IMG/VR virus record: IMGVR_UViG_3300005942_000013
Coordinates: 1 to 25,425 of that record
From: a virus
Taxonomy: Duplodnaviria > Caudoviricetes
Direction: 5' to 3' (one strand)
Length of the DNA stretch: 25,425 nt
The number at the start of each line of letters is the position of its first letter. The first letter of the stretch is position 1. Position numbers and translations under genes: made by a program. The notes under the pieces were generated by a model. The model worked only from the letters and a program-made list of their open reading frames with translations. It was not told where the DNA came from and did not search any database. Positions 8,506 through 16,510 of this stretch are shown in pieces.

Positions 8506-8901
8506 ATGAGAGAGATCAAAGAGATCTTCCTACACTGTTCGGCTAGTCCCAACTTCAAGCCTGTCCCCGCTGCTACCATACATGAGTGGCATAAGGGACG
8601 GGGCTGGGATGGGATAGGCTACAACAAGGTGATCCAGCCGGATGGTACGGTAGAGGAAGGGCGCCCTGACTACTGGGTGCCTAGCCAAGCTGCTGGCCAT
8701 AACGCGCACGCTATCGGTGTATGCCTCATTGGGCTGAACGCCTTTACGGAAGAGCAGTGGCAGTCTCTGGAGCAGGTAGCCAGGGCACTGCACGCTAAGT
8801 TCCCGGACGCGGTATTCCGTGGCCACTATGAGGTTAGCAGCAAGACCTGCCCTAACTTCGACGTGGCAGCCTGGGCCCACGCACTTGGTCTTCCTCGATA
8901 A
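8506..8901 (+). CDS. Endolysin, zinc N-acetylmuramoyl-L-alanine amidase (T7 lysozyme / Amidase_2-like)
   Basis: Motifs IFLHCSAS, WH..RGW.GIGY, G.VEEGRP, HN..AIGVCLIG, GHYE and KTCPNFDV, which supply His/His/Cys zinc ligands. I moved the start to ATG 8506, which follows GGAGG at 8496-8500. Confidence 0.92.
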   Translation: MREIKEIFLHCSASPNFKPVPAATIHEWHKGRGWDGIGYNKVIQPDGTVEEGRPDYWVPSQAAGHNAHAIGVCLIGLNAFTEEQWQSLEQVARALHAKFPDAVFRGHYEVSSKTCPNFDVAAWAHALGLPR

Positions 8902-9094
8902 GTATAGGGTAGTTCGCCGTCTTATGCTGCTGTGGGTATGCTGGTTAATCACCCGTACTACCGCAGCAGTATTCGACGGAGGAGATATTAGTGGGCCAGA
9001 AGCAGCAGCCTACGGAACCTGTACTGCGCTGCTAACCGCTGTGATAGGCTTCTACTTCCATGCGAGGCACAAGTCCGATGATGATAAAACTTAA
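8819..9094 (+). CDS. Putative holin with two transmembrane segments. The true start is probably downstream (e.g. TTG 8885).
   Basis: Two hydrophobic segments (LMLLWVCWLIT..AAVF and AAAYGTCTALLTAVIGFYF) and a charged tail (HARHKSDDDKT). Lies between the endolysin and the spanins. Confidence 0.6.
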   Translation: MATMRLAARPALTSTWQPGPTHLVFLDKYRVVRRLMLLWVCWLITRTTAAVFDGGDISGPEAAAYGTCTALLTAVIGFYFHARHKSDDDKT

Positions 9095-9497
9095 ACTAGC
9101 CCTGCTACTCGTTACGGTAGTGGGGCTTTCTACTTTATGGTTTATGTGGAGGAACGCAGTAGCCCAGAACGAGATAACAGAGCAGCAACTCAAGGCGGCT
9201 AACGCGGCCACTATGCAGCTAGCTAAGTGGTCTAGTGCACAGGTGGTAAAGCTAGAGCGAGCGTCAAGCGCATTGACTGCGCATAAGAATAAGGCTATAC
9301 TAGCTAGTAGAACTATAGCCGAGTTAAAGGAGCAGATACATAATGTACCACATAGCGTATGCTACGACCAGCAGTTGCCTGATGCTGCTATTGACAGCCT
9401 GCGGAGGGCAGCCGCTATGTCCGCCTCCTCCACCAGCAGACCTGCCAAGCCCACTAACCCACCTGCTAGTACCCAAGCCAGCGCCCTCCTTCCCTGA
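9078..9497 (+). CDS. i-spanin (Rz-like)
   Basis: N-terminal transmembrane helix (LALLLVTVVGLSTLWFMW), coiled coil, and a C-terminal Cys followed by LP...ID.LR. Start set at MMIKL, after GAGG at 9064-9067. Confidence 0.8.
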   Translation: MMIKLKLALLLVTVVGLSTLWFMWRNAVAQNEITEQQLKAANAATMQLAKWSSAQVVKLERASSALTAHKNKAILASRTIAELKEQIHNVPHSVCYDQQLPDAAIDSLRRAAAMSASSTSRPAKPTNPPASTQASALLP

Positions 9498-9603
9498 AGA
9501 TGCTACCTGTCGTAGCCTTACGGTGTATACCCTAGAGGTTCTGTCCCAGCTGGACTCTTGCAACCTAGACAAGATGACCTTTAAGGAGGGCACTTATGAA
9601 TAA
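9343..9603 (+). CDS. o-spanin (Rz1-like outer-membrane lipoprotein), overlapping the i-spanin in another frame
   Basis: Lipobox LLLTA-C, proline-rich mature region (PLCPPPPP...P.P.P) and 'L..CN.DK' near the C-terminus. Confidence 0.85.
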   Translation: MYHIAYATTSSCLMLLLTACGGQPLCPPPPPADLPSPLTHLLVPKPAPSFPEDATCRSLTVYTLEVLSQLDSCNLDKMTFKEGTYE

Positions 9604-9979
9604 CCAACCTAAGCTATACCCGCAAGCTTCGGCTGATGGTAGTCCTATCCCTGACGCTATCGCCAACCCTGAGGGGTATGTTGTGCAGACCGTAACCAGT
9701 ACCCCTGTCCTTGTCTCACTCCCTAACAGAGAGAACATAGTAGGAGTGTACGTTACAGACCTATGCCTAGTCTTGTTAGATGACACCAGTGTCTATACTC
9801 AAGGCAGTTACCAGCCTAACGGGTTTATCCTACTACCTGGGCTTATGTATACATTATACATAGACAATGACTTCATGCGAGTGCAGCACATAGGTGTTAG
9901 CACAGACACAGTTACCTTATACGCAAACGTACTATCCCCTTGGGGTGGTGCTGGTGCACAGCTTGAGCGGAGTATCTGA
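9596..9979 (+). CDS. Hypothetical protein, probably virion-associated
   Basis: Strong AAGGAGG RBS, beta-rich composition, located immediately before the nozzle-like gene. Confidence 0.65.
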   Translation: MNNQPKLYPQASADGSPIPDAIANPEGYVVQTVTSTPVLVSLPNRENIVGVYVTDLCLVLLDDTSVYTQGSYQPNGFILLPGLMYTLYIDNDFMRVQHIGVSTDTVTLYANVLSPWGGAGAQLERSI

Positions 9980-9980
9980 T

Positions 9981-12900
9981 ATGCAGCGTAAGACAGTAGT
10001 TAACCTAAAGAACTCTTTGCAGATTATACCCGAGGATGCCTATGCAGCGCACCACGGAGCAGATGAGGTAGACGCGCAACAGGGCACGTATCCTGTCCAG
10101 CCTATGCGTGGACGTAACATCATGCCTACGCGAGAGGGCTACCAGAGCCACTTCGGTCTAGAGGCTATAGGCCCGAGATATCCACAGCCTATACGCTTTC
10201 CTGGCCCTCTCCCTATAGTGTACAAGACCCTTGTAATAGAGGCGGCTGACGGGACTAACCTCAATGTATCTATGAGTATGCACGGAATAAGCATAACGGG
10301 TAATAATGAAACCGATATGACGCTAGACGAGGTGACAGGGAAGCCTGTTCCTGTAGTGTCTGCGTCTAGCTATACTACTTTCCCATTTGCACCAGACTCT
10401 CGTGATAACAGGCCCGGCATCTATAGTGCGTGGTCTGAGAGTATGAAATCCCTTATCACTGATGGTGTTGTGACGGCATGGGAGTCTAAGCCTGAGAGCT
10501 CTCTTAGCTGGAACGGAGTATCTGGTTATGACCCCTCAGTAGGCAACAATGCTGCCCTAGCTAGACTCCCGTCTCAGATTACAAATGAGACAACAGTACT
10601 TAGGATGCTTCAGGGCTTCATGGGTACTGACACTGCGGGGACTGCTCAGTGGACATGGTGTACCGTTAAAGGGGAACTCTATCTATACAGAGCTGGCTAC
10701 CCCTATGCCTGTAGACTACAGAGAACTTCCTCTGCGCCTGGTGGTATCCGCATTGATATTCTTCGTATTAACTTCCTTAGCATGGGTAATCAACGGGGTA
10801 TATTCTCTGCTTCTGGTAGCCTGGGGTTTTGGGATGGTACTAACGCAGTAGCTACCAGCTCTGCACTAGACCCTATTGATTTTGTACCAGACGCCAAGAC
10901 GCTAGCTAACGTGTCCACTAGCCGCCACGTCAAAGGAGCTATCATAAACATAGCCGCCTTTGATAAGGGGTATATTATCTACGCCACTGGCTCCATAGTA
11001 GAGATTCGAGAAGAGAAGAATAGCCTCCTACGTTGGTCTAGTAAGCCTGTGCTGTCGGGGTCTGGCATTACAGACTATCTGCACGTGGCAGTATCGCAGC
11101 CTAACAGTACCCATTTTGCATGGACCAGCACCGGCTTGTACGCGCTGCACTTTGATAAAGAGCCGCAAGTCCTAGTGCCTGACGTGTACGATATGCTGAA
11201 CCGCTTTGGTGTTAAGCTGGCGCTGGCGGGGGGTCGCTACCTGTTCTTGCAGTACGCGTCGAACGTACCTATGTTCTACTATGACGGTTGGTATGAGCTA
11301 GTGCCCCCTTCAGAGTTGTACGTGCCTGGCTATACTGTCCCAGGGGTGTCCATCCCAGGAGTATTCATCCCAGGTGATACTGTCTGCTACCGGCCAGACC
11401 AGCTTATCGTAGAGAGCCAGCTTATCCAAGGGGAGCCTGGCTACCCAGGAGATCCAGGAGACCCAGGCGACCCAGACTGGATGCCGGCAGATAGACCAGA
11501 TGGGTACGACCCCTATGACGGAGAGGCTGAGGGCTACTGGGGTATTGCAGATCACCTCATCGTGCCATTCCTTACTGGCTACTTCGACCCTACGTACAGT
11601 ACCCCTATCTGGAACGGTAGTACTATTACGCATGGGGGTACTTATAATATGCCTGCGCTACGGGCAGCCTATGCTGGAATGTCCCCCGCTCAGGAGTTCA
11701 CAACTGCACCACCTGCAACTATACAGACTAACGACCCTAATGCCTTTGTTACTACTATGTATAATGACCTCCTTTCCAAGCTAGTTGGAGAGCACAGTAG
11801 ACTGCGGGCGGCATGGATAGCAGCTAGGGATGAGTATAATGCGTGGACTGCTAGCTACCCTGCTGGTATAGTATCTCAGGGCATAGTCCCAGGCTCATCA
11901 CCGGCGTTTAGTGTAGCTACTGTATCTGATGTAACTGTTGACGAGAGGGCTGGTGAGGTTACGTACTATATCTTTAACACCCCGCTAGTAGCTCAGGTAC
12001 ACGCGGCGCTTTGGACTATATCGCAAACCCCTTCTGCGTGGCTGGCTAGCTACGACGACAAGCTCCAGACTGTACAGAAGTATCGTAATGCTACGCCTGC
12101 GGAGCTAGGGGTGGCTGGGTACGGCAGCCAGTACAGCATATCAGGGGATACTATCGTATCCTGCAATGGTATAGCAGTAGCGTATAAGAACGGAGAGGAA
12201 TTGTACTCAGTGCCTGGCGGCGAAGGCATCTCCTACCAAGGGCCACTATCTGGAATGGGAGGAAGCCATAGTCCATCAGCGCCTTCTGGCTGGGGGCCCA
12301 TGAACTACAATGCACCCAACCTATCAGGGCTATCAGGGACACTAGCGGTCGCAGGCTATAATAAGATAGACCCACCTGCTCCTCCTTTCAGCTTTGTGAA
12401 TAACCGGTTCTATGTAACTGCGGGTACGTTAGTAGGGCCGTCTCCTAATCACACTGTCTACACACTATATTATAGTTTCGGTTCGCTATTTATTGGTAAC
12501 GTACTGGGGGAGACGGTGACAAGAATTAAGGCCAATACGGAGGTCTTCGGAGGTGCGCCCGTGCAGGCTATGGTGTCTATGATAGGCAGTAAGGACTGGT
12601 GGTACTCGGATGCTGGGAACAGGGAGAAGCTCATATCTGACTACCAAGATAGCCTACTAGTAGGAGCGCGTAAGGCCATAGACAATCCTGGGTTCGGTGC
12701 TAATATAACCGAAACTACAGCCGTAGTAGATGCTGCGTGGGCTAACCGGTACTGGGTACTAGGGCATAAGTTTAAAGGACTGGATGATACGCCGCCGTGG
12801 CCCCTAGACGAAGATGGGAACCCGATTACAAGCCCCCGTCCTGGAGAGGAAGGCTACTTGGGAACCCCTGATAGCATAGAGTGGATATCCTACTTTGTCC

Positions 12901-13613
12901 CAGGGCAGGAGGAGTTCTGTGGGGTTACTAATGATATTAACATACCAGGTATATCTATCCCACCAGTGCAGGTACCTGACCTGTATGAGTCTATTCCAGG
13001 GTATCTAATAGATACTAAGAGCCGTGGGATATCTATGTACTCCAAGCTAACAGGCGCTTACGTATTCGACCTGCACCTACAGAAGTGGGGGATGATGGAT
13101 AGGATGAAGGATACGTACAGTACGGACTCTCATACGGAGAAGGACGACCCTGAGTCAGTGGAGGATACCAACCTGAAGATGGGGTTTGATGGGTGTATCG
13201 TAGACTTTAGGCCAGTGAACGGAGAGCTACATGAGACCTCTATTGTAGGGGCTAACCCTCTTAACTGCGGCGTGTGGGAGAACCGTGTACTATACAGGTT
13301 CACTGAGTTTAATGACCCACGCTACTCACTCATCACCTACGGGAACCATGGGTTTAGAGGGGACATGGATACCAGCCTAGAGCAGGTTGTGGTAAATACC
13401 GTGGGCCCTGGTAACTATTGGACTATGGCAAACACCTCACTAAGCGGTGCGAGCCTGACCTATGGTATGTCCGGGCTTACGCTATCCGACCCAGTAAGTA
13501 CCCAGACGGTACTTAATTATGGTAAAATAGGGAAATGGCACAGGGTAACAGTCCAAGGCCACTTCAACTTACGTGAACTTATTCTAAAGTCCCACAAAGC
13601 GGGCAGGAGATAG
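9981..13613 (+). CDS. Putative tail nozzle / tubular protein B with a large internal insertion (1210 aa)
   Basis: I moved the start to ATG 9981, after GGAG at 9969-9972. N-terminal 'N.MPT..GY', beta-propeller-like segments (LGFWD, S.ALDP.DF.P, YIIY, HFAWTSTGLY), 'YVFDL.LQKWG' and a C-terminal 'GKWHR....G.F.L..L....GRR' fit P22 gp10/T7 gp12-type nozzles. The gene precedes the putative ejection genes. Confidence 0.7.
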   Translation: MQRKTVVNLKNSLQIIPEDAYAAHHGADEVDAQQGTYPVQPMRGRNIMPTREGYQSHFGLEAIGPRYPQPIRFPGPLPIVYKTLVIEAADGTNLNVSMSMHGISITGNNETDMTLDEVTGKPVPVVSASSYTTFPFAPDSRDNRPGIYSAWSESMKSLITDGVVTAWESKPESSLSWNGVSGYDPSVGNNAALARLPSQITNETTVLRMLQGFMGTDTAGTAQWTWCTVKGELYLYRAGYPYACRLQRTSSAPGGIRIDILRINFLSMGNQRGIFSASGSLGFWDGTNAVATSSALDPIDFVPDAKTLANVSTSRHVKGAIINIAAFDKGYIIYATGSIVEIREEKNSLLRWSSKPVLSGSGITDYLHVAVSQPNSTHFAWTSTGLYALHFDKEPQVLVPDVYDMLNRFGVKLALAGGRYLFLQYASNVPMFYYDGWYELVPPSELYVPGYTVPGVSIPGVFIPGDTVCYRPDQLIVESQLIQGEPGYPGDPGDPGDPDWMPADRPDGYDPYDGEAEGYWGIADHLIVPFLTGYFDPTYSTPIWNGSTITHGGTYNMPALRAAYAGMSPAQEFTTAPPATIQTNDPNAFVTTMYNDLLSKLVGEHSRLRAAWIAARDEYNAWTASYPAGIVSQGIVPGSSPAFSVATVSDVTVDERAGEVTYYIFNTPLVAQVHAALWTISQTPSAWLASYDDKLQTVQKYRNATPAELGVAGYGSQYSISGDTIVSCNGIAVAYKNGEELYSVPGGEGISYQGPLSGMGGSHSPSAPSGWGPMNYNAPNLSGLSGTLAVAGYNKIDPPAPPFSFVNNRFYVTAGTLVGPSPNHTVYTLYYSFGSLFIGNVLGETVTRIKANTEVFGGAPVQAMVSMIGSKDWWYSDAGNREKLISDYQDSLLVGARKAIDNPGFGANITETTAVVDAAWANRYWVLGHKFKGLDDTPPWPLDEDGNPITSPRPGEEGYLGTPDSIEWISYFVPGQEEFCGVTNDINIPGISIPPVQVPDLYESIPGYLIDTKSRGISMYSKLTGAYVFDLHLQKWGMMDRMKDTYSTDSHTEKDDPESVEDTNLKMGFDGCIVDFRPVNGELHETSIVGANPLNCGVWENRVLYRFTEFNDPRYSLITYGNHGFRGDMDTSLEQVVVNTVGPGNYWTMANTSLSGASLTYGMSGLTLSDPVSTQTVLNYGKIGKWHRVTVQGHFNLRELILKSHKAGRR
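11430..11474 (+). repeat. Short collagen-like (Gly-X-Pro)5 run with a 9-bp period
   Basis: Encodes GEPGYPGDPGDPGDP. The DNA includes CCAGGAGAT CCAGGAGAC CCAGGCGAC. Confidence 0.8.
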
Positions 13614-13617
13614 TACT

Positions 13618-14589
13618 ATGGCCTTATCAGATAACTGGACTTATTCCAATAGCGACTCCTCTGGCGGCAGTAACTCTGGTAGCTATAACCAGAGCCAGAC
13701 CCAGAACGGGTCTTCTTCTAGCAGTTCTAAAGGAAGCAGTAGCAGCCGCGATAACTTCAGTCAGAATAGCAATGGCAGTAGCCAAGCTACTACTAACGAG
13801 ACTAGTAACTGGAACCGTAACGACAGGACTGTAGAGAATACTCTGTCTCGTACCGATGAGTTCACGCAGAGCCTACGGGTAATTGACATAGACCGCATGT
13901 CGTCTGTAGGACGTGAGGCTCTTAACCAGCTCATAGCTCAGATGGCTGCGGGTGGTACGGAGGCACAGCGTAAGCTGCTAGAGAATAGCTTTGCAGAGCA
14001 GATGGCCCAGCAGGCGCTACGTGAGCAGTTCAGCCCGGAGCGTGCGATGGCTGCGGCGGATGCTATGATACGGCAGAGTGTGAGCCTAGCTATGGAGTCA
14101 GGGCTACCTAACCTCATGGCCTCCTTGCAAAGCTCAGGCTCCTCGGGCAGTGCACTAGGGGCTATCCTTACCAGCAACATAGCACGGAACGCAGGCATAG
14201 ATGCTGCGGCTCTAGGGGCTGACCTGACGGCTGACTTCGGAGGGCTACAGGCCAGTCTGTCTGGGACGCTAGCTAACCTGATAGCCAATACTAAGGACGA
14301 GAGCGTTAATGCCTTGCTAGATGCTCTACGGACTGACGCCGGTAGCCGAGAGCGTGGGACTATCTCTGACCAACAGACTAGAACATCTGAGACCCTGACT
14401 AACACAGTACGTAATACTAATAGCTCAGGTAGCACTAACACAAGCGGCACTACCAACACGGTTAGTAACGAGAGCGTATCGGGCACTCGTAACACCAGTG
14501 GGACTAGCTCTTCGTCAGAGCGTGGTAGTACTAGCAACAACACTAACACGGTACGTAACAGTACTAATAACAGTAACAATAATAGCTAA
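13618..14589 (+). CDS. Putative internal virion (ejection) protein with Ser/Thr/Asn-rich arms at both ends
   Basis: AGGAG RBS. First of three genes after the nozzle. An Ala/Gly/Gln-rich helical core is flanked by low-complexity arms. Confidence 0.6.
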   Translation: MALSDNWTYSNSDSSGGSNSGSYNQSQTQNGSSSSSSKGSSSSRDNFSQNSNGSSQATTNETSNWNRNDRTVENTLSRTDEFTQSLRVIDIDRMSSVGREALNQLIAQMAAGGTEAQRKLLENSFAEQMAQQALREQFSPERAMAAADAMIRQSVSLAMESGLPNLMASLQSSGSSGSALGAILTSNIARNAGIDAAALGADLTADFGGLQASLSGTLANLIANTKDESVNALLDALRTDAGSRERGTISDQQTRTSETLTNTVRNTNSSGSTNTSGTTNTVSNESVSGTRNTSGTSSSSERGSTSNNTNTVRNSTNNSNNNS

Positions 14590-14600
14590 GGGGGTGTACC

Positions 14601-16499
14601 ATGGTAGACGTAACTGACATGCTAAAGATCGGCGGAGGCCGGTCTGGCACTGGGAGCATAGATGAGACTGAACAGAAGGTACTCTCTATGGCTAAGGACT
14701 TCAGCCCTGAGCTACGCCGCGATGTAGACAATAGCATCCGTGAGTTCAAGGGCTTTGTGAAAGACCAGCCCGAGGGTTCTGTACGGCAGATCTCACAGAC
14801 TGATGACCTGATCTCTTTCAGTGTGGCCTCTGATGGGTCGCTGGAGATTAGCGGCAAGAGCGCTCCTAACAAGGACGTGGTTAGCCCTAAGTCTATGAAC
14901 GTAGTGAACTGGACTGCTGTACCTGATAACTTCAAGAGGCAGGGGGCTGGCAATCCGAACGCTGCTCCCGTTAACCGCAACCCAGGGGTAGGGGCACGGC
15001 AGGTGTTGGAGACAGGCCTGTCCCATGTGGAGAATCTACGTAAGGCTGGCCGGTACAAGGAAGCAGCGATCGAGTCCAAGAAGCTAGGCTTTACGCTAGC
15101 GGCCCAGCGGTCTAGAATCACTGACCTGTACATCTCGCAGGCACAGGAGGACTCAGGGCTTGCTATGGCGCAGGCTACTGAGGATCACTTCAAGGCTAAG
15201 GACGATGAGTACCGGCTAGCTAACGGGCTTAGCCCGATGGTAGGCTCCAGCAAGGAATGGAAGTCAGCCGCTGCCCGTGTGGACGCTATCAAGCAGAAGG
15301 CGCGGGTGCTTGGCCCTCAGATTATGAGCGCAGACCCTGACCTGCTAGACCTGTTTACCCGAGTGGAGACTACAGTAGCCCTTGGCGGGCAGGAGTCGGC
15401 GGAGGATGTGATCAACGCTGAGCGGCAGGATCTGGATATTAAGAAGGGACTTAATAACCTGAACACCATGCAGAACCTACAGAAGGATCCTCTTGTGTGG
15501 TCTCGTGTGTCTAACTACGCTGAGGTTATAAAGGGGGCTGTCCCTGTACGGGATCGGCCAGAGGAGCTTCTGAACTCCATCACCCAGCATGAGCTAAACT
15601 ACCTACAGCTTGAGCGTAACCAGCCTGACCTAGCTATGACTCACCTGTATACTCCAGGCAGTGAGTTCTATGAGGTAGCTACCAATAGTAAGGTAGCTCA
15701 GGAGACTAAGGCTAGCCATAGTAAGACAGAGGCCGAGGCTAGAGTCCGTACCTTGCAGTCCCTAGGTAAGCACCTAGACGACAAGCGAACAGTTGCTATT
15801 CTACAGGGCATCATCCCAGGGGCTGGGGGTGTCAAGCGTATGGCCGGTACTACTGAGGAGATCATAGCTAAGGTGAACGAGCAAGTACCTGAGATGGCTA
15901 TGATAACCAAGTCTGCTCTGTTCGCTCCTTATGTAGAGCTAGCCCAGCATACGGCTACTCTGACAGGGGCTAAGGAGAAAGCAGTAGGGGAGCTGGCTTT
16001 GCTGACCGCACGTGGCAAGCTGCTACAAGACTCTATCAGTATCCTTATGAACGACAACCTACTGAAGGGTGGGGACATTGGTATCCTACGAGACGTGCCC
16101 CCTAAGGAGGGTCCACTATCCCAGCTGTATGAGCGGGAGCGTGCTAATGGTAAGGCACCTAACCCCGTGGTCATAGCTACTCGCTACCTCACAGACCTCT
16201 ACCGTGAAGGTGCTCCTACCAAGAGCGTGCTCACCCTAGACCCCTCCGCTTCTGAGTTTGATCAGCGGGTGGTTAAGGGTATGCGGAAAGACTTCGAGCG
16301 GGAGCGTCTGAATGAGATCAATGAGTGGCTAGAGTCCTTCGTAGAAGTTAACAACTCAGGCTCTACCTTCATCCACCTAGACGCTAACTATATCAAGACG
16401 GAGATCTACGCTATCCAGCTAGCTGCCCAGACTGCGCGGGACGCAGCCCTAAGACAGCAATTCCAATACCAGCAGATTGATACACAGGCCATGCCTTAA
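14601..16499 (+). CDS. Putative internal virion (ejection) protein (632 aa)
   Basis: AAGGGGG RBS. Charged, mostly helical sequence in the middle position of a small-medium-large triplet that resembles T7 gp14/15/16. No catalytic motif recognised. Confidence 0.55.
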   Translation: MVDVTDMLKIGGGRSGTGSIDETEQKVLSMAKDFSPELRRDVDNSIREFKGFVKDQPEGSVRQISQTDDLISFSVASDGSLEISGKSAPNKDVVSPKSMNVVNWTAVPDNFKRQGAGNPNAAPVNRNPGVGARQVLETGLSHVENLRKAGRYKEAAIESKKLGFTLAAQRSRITDLYISQAQEDSGLAMAQATEDHFKAKDDEYRLANGLSPMVGSSKEWKSAAARVDAIKQKARVLGPQIMSADPDLLDLFTRVETTVALGGQESAEDVINAERQDLDIKKGLNNLNTMQNLQKDPLVWSRVSNYAEVIKGAVPVRDRPEELLNSITQHELNYLQLERNQPDLAMTHLYTPGSEFYEVATNSKVAQETKASHSKTEAEARVRTLQSLGKHLDDKRTVAILQGIIPGAGGVKRMAGTTEEIIAKVNEQVPEMAMITKSALFAPYVELAQHTATLTGAKEKAVGELALLTARGKLLQDSISILMNDNLLKGGDIGILRDVPPKEGPLSQLYERERANGKAPNPVVIATRYLTDLYREGAPTKSVLTLDPSASEFDQRVVKGMRKDFERERLNEINEWLESFVEVNNSGSTFIHLDANYIKTEIYAIQLAAQTARDAALRQQFQYQQIDTQAMP

Positions 16500-16510
16500 G
16501 GAGCAATATA

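Noticed and set aside
9894-9980. Upstream extension of the nozzle ORF. The same applies to the track starts at 8476, 9060 and 23899.
   Set aside because: These extensions overlap the previous gene, and better RBS-associated ATGs lie downstream at 9981, 8506, 9078 and 23848.
13938-14579. 213-aa minus-strand ORF rich in Leu/Val
   Set aside because: It is the antisense shadow of the Ser/Thr/Asn-rich + strand gene. It has no RBS or independent support.
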